Source: Thraustochytrium aureum | Lineage: Eukaryota | Length of the DNA stretch: 20,000 nt | Assembly (NCBI GenBank): GCA_012862495.1 | Contig: BLSG01000375.1 | Span: forward strand, 173,051 to 193,050 | Reading direction: 5' to 3' | In this document: positions 12,303-20,000 of the stretch, one piece after another | Layout: each line of letters opens with the position of its first letter | Position numbering within the stretch: the stretch's first letter is position 1 | Notes under the pieces: generated by a model | Database searches by the model: none | What the model was told of the DNA's origin: nothing | The model's input: the letters and a program-made list of their open reading frames with translations, nothing else | Translations under genes and position numbers: made by a program

Positions 12303-13423
12303 TCAGGCGTGCACGGGCCGAGCGGGCCGGAAGGCGGCGGTCGCGGCGCCGGCGGTCGAGCTGGAGTGGCGCGAGGCGGGCGAGCCGAAGAGCTGCTCGA
12401 GGGAGAGTTTCTGCAGCGNNNNNNNNNNNNNNNNNNNNNNNNNNNNNNNNNNNNNNNNNNNNNNNNNNNNNNNNNNNNNNNNNNNNNNNNNNNNNNNNNN
12501 NNNNNNNNNNNNNNNNNNNNNNNNNNNNNNNNNNNNNNNNNNNNNNNNNNNNNNNNNNNNNNNNNNNNNNNNNNNNNNNNNNNNNNNNNNNNNNNNNNNN
12601 NNNNNNNNNNNNNNNNNNNNNNNNNNNNNNNNNNNNNNNNNNNNNNNNNNNNNNNNNNNNNNNNNNNNNNNNNNNNNNNNNNNNNTGCTGCTGCTGCTGC
12701 TCGCGCTTGTGCTCCCGGCGTTGGCCCTGTGGGTACTGGTGGTGCTGTCGCCGCGTGGGGTTGCTGGGGCGAGCAGATAATGCTGAGGAACTCTTCAAAG
12801 CCAATCTCGCCGGAGCCGTCCTGGTCCACGCCGGCGACGAGCGCGTCCACCTCCCGCGTCGTTCTGCAGAGGCCAATCGTGAGCAAAGGGTCGACCAGCT
12901 CCGCGGTGCTGATCTCGCCCGACTTGTCCAGGTCCAGCAGCGAAAACCACTCGAAGAGGTCCATGCGGCGCCTCTGGAGCGCGTCGATCTCGGCATGCAG
13001 GCTTGGCTTGCGCTGGGACAGCCACTTGTACCACTCCTTCTTGAGCTGTCGGCGTGACAAGTACCTCAAGTTTTCCCTCGACGCGAGGAACTCGCTCTCC
13101 ATCGAGCCCCACTGTTGCAGGATCCGCGACAGCTCCGAGCCGTTGCTTGCCGAGGCTGCTTGATTCTCGCTGTATCTCGACCGCCGGAGCCTTGTCGAAG
13201 AAAGTTCACGGCTGACAGAGTACTGCTCTCCGCGTTCAAACCTGACTGCAGCTTTTTCTCGGCGTGCGGCTCGCAACTGGGTCTCATATCTCAAGGGTGC
13301 ATTGCTGCGGGCTGCCCTTTCAGCCCTCGACCGCAGCACCAGATCCTTGAAGGAGCCTGTCTTGCTCTCCGCGCTTGGTCCAACTCCCGCGGGTTGTTTG
13401 GTCTCCGTCGGTGGTTGGCTCAT
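12303..13423 (-). CDS. EF-hand pair calcium-binding protein spanning an N gap
   Basis: ATG at 13423. Canonical loops DLDKSGEISTAE and DQDGSGEIGFEE (~12934-12791). After the gap the most protein-like frame reads LQKLSLEQLFGSPASRHSSSTAGAATAAFRPARPVHA* with TGA at 12305-12303; this end is inferred. Confidence 0.8.
12419..12685. other. Assembly gap (267 N) within the EF-hand gene, adjacent to a (TGC)n run
   Basis: N run. Confidence 0.95.
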
Positions 13424-14225
13424 TGGAACCCAGGGCTAACTCGCGTGGAGGCGCAAATTCAACACCTTCACGGAGGGGCGCGAGCGGGGCCCACTCTTCG
13501 GGCGGGCCCGCCAACCTGCAGACCAGCGAGTCCCGCTATCTCGCCGCGATTGCCTCTCGATGTCGCCCTGCCCGCACGAGACGCTTGGGCCGGCCGCAGA
13601 CCCACGACTTGATGACCTGATTTCGCTCGGCGGGATTCCTGCTTGCCTGCGCCGCCGCGTGCTGCGCGCCGGAGGCTGTCACTTCGCCTCGGCTTCTGGC
13701 GCGTTCGGCTCGTCCCGTTTTCTGTCGGAGCCGGCCCCTAGCCTCGCGAGGCGCGGCACAACGGCACGCCTGAGCAGTCGTCTGCGGTCTTGTCGTGGTC
13801 CTCGCCACGCAGTGCGCTGGTGGGGGCTCTGAGCCGGCGCTGCCGAGCCTGTATCGACCTTGTCGTGCAGCTCGCGAGGCCCTCGCGAGGCCGGCCTTCG
13901 TGTGGCTGTATCCCTGCCGAGCAGCAAGCAGCCGAGCGCCGAGGAATTGGGTCCGCGCGACCCCTGAACGGACGCAACGGATAAGTGCGAGCGCGAGAAC
14001 ATCCGATATCGCCGGCGCGCGGCCGTAGCTGGTGATTCGGGAGCAGCGCTGTCGCCGTTTGTTTCTCCGGCGCGGGGTTGCCGTCCACGCGCAAGCCCAA
14101 AAGAGCGACCGATTGGCGCGGGCGGATGCGGCAGCAGAACGAAATCCAGAGCCGGAAGCGCGCTCTCTCCATTGGAGAAAGCTTTCTGGGCGCTGCAGCG
14201 GGCGAGCGCCGAAGGATCGGCCAGG

Positions 14226-14870
14226 ATGACGCTGCTGCCAAAGCTGTCGGTGGCCGTCGAGGACGACCTCGAGGCGCTGGCGCTTCCTGGACTCTCGAGG
14301 TTCAGCTTCTTCGAGGGCAAGCTGGTCAGCGACGACTCGGGTGGAGACGACTTGGGCCGTCCGGCTGCAGCCAAGCTCGGCAATCAGGAGGAAGCTGGCG
14401 ACGCGGTGCAGTCTGCGCGACAATCACTAGCGGCGGTGTCCACGGGCGGGGCAGAGCTCGAGCTGACCCACGTGCTGGAGAGGATCCGCAAGGTCGTGCG
14501 GCGCACCGACGAGCGACGCTCCAGTCGCATCGAGAGGATTAAGCAAGCCGAGCTGCAGCGCGAGGCGAGCAGGCGGCGGGCGCGGCCCGAATTTCTGGAG
14601 GCCGCGCACGTCGGGCGGCCCGTGGCGTCTTTTGGATTCGCCTCGGCTAGTGCGGCTTCCTCAGCGTGCGCCACGGCAGCTTACTCGCGCGCCACCACCC
14701 TCCGCGGCATGGACCCGCGGCTTGGCCCGGAGCACTTTATCGAGATGCTGGAGCGACAAGACCAAGAGGTCGACGAGCGGTCGCTCAAAGCAACGCGAGT
14801 GGTGGCATCACAGGGGATTGTGCACAGACAAGGCCCTCTTTGTCGCCGCGCTGTGCGGCGCATTGGGTAG
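14226..14870 (+). CDS. Hypothetical protein; both ends uncertain (frame open from 13968; may continue via a +1 shift to 15078)
   Basis: MTLLPKLSVAVEDDLEALAL..ELTHVLERIRKVVRRTDERRSSRIERIKQAELQREA shows protein-like, coiled-coil-like composition; no family recognised. Confidence 0.55.
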   Translation: MTLLPKLSVAVEDDLEALALPGLSRFSFFEGKLVSDDSGGDDLGRPAAAKLGNQEEAGDAVQSARQSLAAVSTGGAELELTHVLERIRKVVRRTDERRSSRIERIKQAELQREASRRRARPEFLEAAHVGRPVASFGFASASAASSACATAAYSRATTLRGMDPRLGPEHFIEMLERQDQEVDERSLKATRVVASQGIVHRQGPLCRRAVRRIG

Positions 14871-15114
14871 ACGCGCGCGGCCGCCCCGTCCCGATTGCTG
14901 TTGCCGCGTCGCTCGCGCAGAAGAGGTGGGCGGCCGCCCCATCCTGCTCGGTCGCTCGCGCAGAAGAGGCGGAAACAGAAAGCTAGCTTGCGATAGAGAG
15001 AGATTCTTCAAGCAGTTGCGTTCAGCGGCGGTAACAATCTGGGCGGCGGCGGACTGCGGCCTCCGCGTGGAGAGCTAGCCCTCTGCGCACGTCGCTCGCT
15101 TGCGCCCCGGCAGT

Positions 15115-15667
15115 TCAGCCTTCCGTGAGGCCGAGGTACAGGCCCAGACTAAACCCGGCCGCCGGCGGGCCCTTGTATCGGAGCACCTGAAACACCTTGG
15201 TCACGTAGTGCCTGATGTCTTTGATGCCCACAGTGCCCGAGTTGTCCGAGTCGACCGTGCGGATCAGGTCGCGCCGGATGTTGGCCCATTTGATCTCGAT
15301 GTATCCGCAGTACTGCAGGCTCTGTAGGCAGACAAAGCCCACCCCGAGCGTCATCGCGGCCACCTTGCTCGCTTCGCCCGCGCGCTCGAGCCAGGTCAGC
15401 CCCGTGCAAGCGAGCCAGGCCAGGCAAGCCGGCCTTGTCGCAACACAACAACGTACCTTTCTTGATCGCATACCCGGAGCAGAACCCCACAAAGCCGCCG
15501 AATCCGAGGCGCATCGCCAGCGGGCCCACCGCGTTGACCACCACATTGATCACCGCGTTGTCCTCCTGGGTCAGCTCCACGCCATCAGCGGGGTCCGCGA
15601 GCTGGTCCTCTTCTGCCGGTCTCGCGAGCAGCTCCTCTGCCGCCACCACTTCTTGCACCTCGACCAT
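15115..15667 (-). CDS. FUN14-domain mitochondrial outer membrane protein (FUNDC-like), 155 aa, 2 exons (15667-15457, 15371-15115)
   Basis: Removing the 85-nt intron GTACGT...GCTGAC...GAAG gives LGFGGFVGFCSGYAIKKASKVAAMTLGVGFVCLQSLQYCGYIEIKW, the FUN14 signature. Confidence 0.9.
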
Positions 15668-15932
15668 CCTCTCCAGTCTGCTCCTCGTTGTCGCCGCCGC
15701 TGCCGGCAATGCGCTGGCTGGCTAACGAGCTGGCCAGCGGGTACTTGCTGCGCGTCGTCGCGGGGCGGGCTGGCCAACGGCGGGTGCTCGTGTGGGTGGC
15801 TGGATGCGCGTCACAAGCCCATCCCGCTCGCTCCAAGACGACTCCGCACTCCTCCATCCGTCCTCGCAGGACAACCCGCCCACCCTCGGTGGTCGTCTGG
15901 AGGCCGCGCCTCCGTGCGGGGTCATCGCAGAC

Positions 15933-15952
15933 CTTTCTTTCTTTCTTTCTTT
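15933..15952 (+). repeat. (CTTT)5 microsatellite in divergent intergenic region
   Basis: Read directly. Confidence 0.85.
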
Positions 15953-16290
15953 CTCCGCCAGGGCCGGAGGAGGTGGCGGGGGCGGCGGAGGCTTGATCGA
16001 TCCTCGCGCCCGCTCGGTGGATGGGTACTCAACATGGGTCGCTCGCTCCCAGGCCACTTGCGATCACCGCGTTGGATGGCTCGATCGGTCGCCTGCGGTG
16101 CGCCGCTCTGCCGCTTCGCGCACAGATCCTCCTCGGAAGAAGACCTGACCTCCTCTGCCCACCTACCGGTAGTAGGCCTACGTGTGAGGACATGATGAGG
16201 ATCACGTGGCCAGTGTATTTGCCCCCCTTCCCCCGGCAGACCAGCAAGCCATCGTGAGCTGCAGGCGACCGGGAAGATCTCGCAGGCAGA

Positions 16291-16860
16291 ATGTCGGGCG
16301 TGCTGTATGGGCTTGACAAGGAGCTCGCGGAGCGCGAGGCGGCGAAACGCGACCCCAAGCTCGAGGAGCAAGTGCGGGCGTACGTGGAGGAGGTCAGCGG
16401 GGAGCCCGTGGACGCCGACCTGCTGGAGGCGCTGAAAGACGGCACCGTGCTCTGCAAGATGATCAACAACGTGTCGCCTGGGGCCGTGAGCAAGGTGCAC
16501 GAGTCCAAGATGCCGTTCAAGCAGATGGAAAACATCGCCAACTTTCTCAAGGCCTGCCGCAGCAAGCTGAAAATGCACGAGCACGACCTCTTCACCACAG
16601 CGGACCTCTACGACGGCAAGTCGGTCGTAAACGTCACGAACGGCCTCGTGGCCTTCTCGCGCGCGGCAACCAAGAGCGGGTACAAGGGCCCCACCATTGC
16701 GCCAAAGGAAGCTGTTGCGCAGGAGCACAAGGAGTGGGCTTACAACCCGAACGCGACAGCCTCCAAGCTGAACGCGGGCTCCTCGGCGACGATGGACAAG
16801 GCGCACCTCGACTTGAGCGGCAACGTGACCTTCGGCGCAGACCACAGCAAGCAGATGTGN
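16291..16860 (+). CDS. Calponin/transgelin/myophilin-like single calponin-homology domain protein, ~189 aa
   Basis: YGLDKEL..LKDGTVLCKMIN..SKMPFKQMENIANFLKAC..DLFTTADLYDGK; ends QM-TG|N, probably a TGA cut by the gap. Confidence 0.9.
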
Positions 16861-17487
16861 NNNNNNNNNNNNNNNNNNNNNNNNNNNNNNNNNNNNNNNN
16901 NNNNNNNNNNNNNNNNNNNNNNNNNNNNNNNNNNNNNNNNNNNNNNNNNNNNNNNNNNNNNNNNNNNNNNNNNNNNNNNNNNNNNNNNNNNNNNNNNNNN
17001 NNNNNNNNNNNNNNNNNNNNNNNNNNNNNNNNNNNNNNNNNNNNNNNNNNNNNNNNNNNNNNNNNNNNNNNNNNNNNNNNNNNNNNNNNNNNNNNNNNNN
17101 NNNNNNNNNNNNNNNNNNNNNNNNNNNNNNNNNNNNNNNNNNNNNNNNNNNNNNNNNNNNNNNNNNNNNNNNNNNNNNNNNNNNNNNNNNNNNNNNNNNN
17201 NNNNNNNNNNNNNNNNNNNNNNNNNNNNNNNNNNNNNNNNNNNNNNNNNNNNNNNNNNNNNNNNNNNNNNNNNNNNNNNNNNNNNNNNNNNNNNNNNNNN
17301 NNNNNNNNNNNNNNNNNNNNNNNNNNNNNNNNNNNNNNNNNNNNNNNNNNNNNNNNNNNNNNNNNNNNNNNNNNNNNNNNNNNNNNNNNNNNNNNNNNNN
17401 NNNNNNNNNNNNNNNNNNNNNNNNNNNNNNNNNNNNNNNNNNNNNNNNNNNNNNNNNNNNNNNNNNNNNNNNNNNNNNNNNNNNNNN
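16860..17487. other. Assembly gap (628 N) between two convergent genes
   Basis: N run. Confidence 0.95.
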
Positions 17488-18788
17488 CAGAACTTGAAGT
17501 AGTGGTCGCGCGTGTAGCCGAGCGCCTGGAGCGCCGGCACGCAGGCCTTTTTGATCATGGGCGGCGGGCCGCAGAGGAAAACCATACTGTCCTCCGCAGG
17601 CGGCGGCATCGTTTGCTCGATCATCGCCGGCGATACAAAGCCCGAAAAGTGCTTCCAGCCCTCCGGCGCATTGTCAAGTGTAAAGTGGACCACGACGTTG
17701 GGCCGAGCTGCCGCGAACGCCTCGAGGGCGTCCCTGAGGATGATGTCTTGCTCTGACTTGTTGGCAAAGAGAACGGAGACCTCCAGCGCGTCGTTCGGGT
17801 TTGAGGCCACCGCCTGCAGGATTTGAAACATGGGCGTAATCCCAGAACCGCCAGCGATCATGCCCAACCGACGCACAGAGCGCTGCTTCTTGCGGACGCG
17901 AAACGTGCCGCCGCCCAAGTACTCGAGCTTGCCTTTCGGGCCGCGCATGCGGATCGGGTCGCCCACCTGCAGAGACGACAGGTGGTTGGACATCTTGCCG
18001 GTCGGGTAGAGCTTGATGAGGAAATCGATAAAGCCCACTTCGCCACGCGGCGAAACCGGCGTGTACGGCCGCGTGATCGTCTGTCCATCCTGCGTGTCGA
18101 AAGAAAGGATGATGTGCTGGCCAATCGGAAGCCCGAGCGTGTGCTCGGGGCTCGGCAGTGCGAATCGAAAGACGACCACGTCATGGCTCAGATGGTGCTT
18201 GTCAATCAGCGGGAGCTCCAACTCTTGAAAGTGCGCGAAGGGCGTGAGGAGGTCCTCCGCAGTCTCGCGCAGGTCGGCGGCTTGGCGCTCGTCGTCCTCG
18301 TCGTCTTCGTCTTCGTCGCCCTCCTCTTCCCCGCTTTCGCCGTCCTCGTCGCCGCCATCGTCCGCGTCGCCGTCTTCATCCTCGTCGTCCTCTTCGCCGA
18401 CTAGCCGGCCCTTGTACAGTTCCTCCATGTCTTCGAGGGCTTCCTCGCTGTGGTCTGCGTCGTCAAACTCAAAGTTCATCGTTTCGAAGTCGTCCCACTC
18501 AATGTCGGTGATGATCTCCGCTCCGCCGGGGTGCTCCTCCAGAAAGTCTGTCACGTCGTAGATCTTCTTGTGGATCACGATCCAGCACCGCCCGCTCTCG
18601 CGCTTCGCCATCACCTGCTCCTTGGTGAACGTGCGCCTAGCGCGCGTTGGCTGGGCCGACAGGCGGCCCCTGGCCCGTTTCCCAGCGTGTCGAGTGGGAG
18701 GGCCCATGCTCTTCTCGAGGTGCTTTGCGAGGCACCCAACGCGGCGCACCGCAGCATTGGCTGCCGCATCGATTCTCTGGTCGCTCAT
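17487..18788 (-). CDS. Cytochrome b5 / NADH-cytochrome b5 reductase fusion, ~433 aa, with N-terminal PTS2 and acidic linker
   Basis: b5 domain CWIVIHKKIYDVTDFLEEHPGG..HS; FAD motifs LGLPIGQH, RPYTP, GKMS; NADH motifs MIAGGSGITPM, CGPPPM; ends YFKF-TG|N. Confidence 0.93.
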
Positions 18789-19185
18789 CCTGCCTCGTGC
18801 GCGCCCCGGCTTTCGACCGTCGTCGAGCTCGTTTGGAAGTGTGTCGCAGCAGCAACCGGCGTGCTTTGGCGCTTCTGCGCAGTGCGGGCGCACGCCAGCA
18901 AGCTAGCAAGCCAGCCAGCCAAGCAGTCGCTCGAGATTGGCGCAATGGCCGTCTTGTACAGTATACCTAGCGACAGGCCGGCCGGCCGTCCGCTCTTCTG
19001 CCGCGCATCTGCTGATCGTCCAGAGCGCATGCAGCAGCAGCGGCAGGGTGGTCGTCCTATCCTGGACAGGCTCGAACAAACGAAGGGGAGGACAAGGACC
19101 AAGGCGATTGATCCGTTGCATGGTGCCGAGGATTTGGGTTTGACGCGGAGCTCCTGGTGCGCTGCGGAGCGCAGTGCCGCAGACG

Positions 19186-19953
19186 ATGCTCGGCAAGGAG
19201 CAGGTCGCGGCTCTGCACGCCGAGCTGCTCGAGGCGCAGCGGCGGAATGACGCTCCACGCACGCTGGAAATCACCCAGCTGCTGCGCGCAGGTCCGCAGT
19301 TTACGCGTCTGGTTAGGCAGCGGCGCAGCGCGGCGCAGCAGCAGCGCAAACCGACGCGGGCGCCGACGGCCCGAAGCATCGTCAGCGTCGGGCTATCAGG
19401 AGCGCGACACGTGTTCACCGACCTCGCGACGTTGCAAAGCATGTTTGAGCTTCACCGCCTGGACGAAGGAGAACTCGACCAAGCCTTGGTGGTCCTGAGC
19501 AAGTCGTACTTGACAGCGGTCCACCCTGAGGACGAGATCGCGGCCGGCGTGTGGCGCGGCAACAGGCGGCGGCCGCAGCCTGGGCCGGCGATGCGATTAT
19601 GCGAGGAGCTACGCGCGCTGCTCGTTGCGAAAGAGCAGAACAAGACCCTCTTTTGGATCAGCGGCGAGCCCGGCCACACCTACAAAGACCTCTCTTGGTG
19701 GATTGGGCTCAAGAGCGACCAGCGCACTGGAAATCGATACAATCAGCTCAAACTCAGCGCCACGTGGTGGCGCAAGTCGTTTCCTGGCCCAAACAGTATT
19801 CCGCGCTTCACACGGTCAGGCGAGAAGGTCGCTCGCAACTTTGAGGCGAACGGAGCAGAGCAGCGCGCGCTTGCCGAGCTCTTGCATCAGGCAAACCCAA
19901 AGTCCATGCAGTTCCCAATGCCGCTCTCAAGCGCGATTTCCGATAGGAGATAG
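19186..19953 (+). CDS. Hypothetical protein (~255 aa; may start at ATG 19029 via a frameshift near 19143)
   Basis: Long ORF with coding-like codon use and a Trp-rich C-terminal half (LFWISG..LSWWIGLK..SATWWRKSFPG); no family recognised. Confidence 0.65.
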   Translation: MLGKEQVAALHAELLEAQRRNDAPRTLEITQLLRAGPQFTRLVRQRRSAAQQQRKPTRAPTARSIVSVGLSGARHVFTDLATLQSMFELHRLDEGELDQALVVLSKSYLTAVHPEDEIAAGVWRGNRRRPQPGPAMRLCEELRALLVAKEQNKTLFWISGEPGHTYKDLSWWIGLKSDQRTGNRYNQLKLSATWWRKSFPGPNSIPRFTRSGEKVARNFEANGAEQRALAELLHQANPKSMQFPMPLSSAISDRR

Positions 19954-19956
19954 CGC

Positions 19957-20000
19957 GCTCTGCGCCCGCTCTGCGCCCGCTCTGCGCCCGCTCTGCGCCC
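19957..20000 (+). repeat. 11-nt minisatellite (GCTCTGCGCCC)4, running to the window edge
   Basis: Four perfect copies starting after a 3-nt spacer following the TAG stop. Confidence 0.95.

Noticed and set aside
12050..12418. ORF-track C-terminus of the EF-hand protein (RCRNSPSS...)
   Set aside because: The frame is carried across a gap of uncertain size; another frame is more protein-like and the region includes a separate spliced gene
13424..14170. tRNA, snRNA, SRP or RNase P/MRP gene
   Set aside because: No diagnostic conserved boxes recognised by eye, only a weak hairpin near 13444-13472; an Infernal/Rfam scan would settle it
15792..16148. 118-aa ORF between the FUN14 and calponin genes
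   Set aside because: Runs through microsatellite and GGC low-complexity sequence with no motif; probably promoter or UTR
17487..18893. Nitrate reductase
   Set aside because: Same b5+FAD/NAD order, but no Moco or dimerisation domain upstream; the ORF has its own short N-terminus
19957..20000. Telomeric repeat or CRISPR array
   Set aside because: No spacers and not a TTAGGG-like unit; simple minisatellite

Overview
GC-rich, gene-dense, intron-poor eukaryotic DNA, probably from a protist (inference), with four N gaps. Bases 1-11247 hold one 5'-truncated giant BEACH-domain gene (WDFY3/LvsA/SPIRRIG-like). It is broken by four frameshifts that look like indel errors. Next, on the minus strand, come three same-direction genes with only 14 and 18 nt between stop and next ATG: an EF-hand protein, a spliced 68-aa transmembrane microprotein missed by the ORF track, and a proteasome assembly chaperone 3 homolog. 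After these come a hypothetical gene, a spliced FUN14-domain gene, a calponin/transgelin-like gene, a cytochrome b5 / b5 reductase fusion with a perfect PTS2 peroxisomal signal, another hypothetical gene and an 11-mer tandem repeat. No RNA genes, mobile elements or CRISPR arrays were recognised. The best leads are the operon-like three-gene cluster with its hidden microprotein and the putatively peroxisomal b5-b5R fusion.
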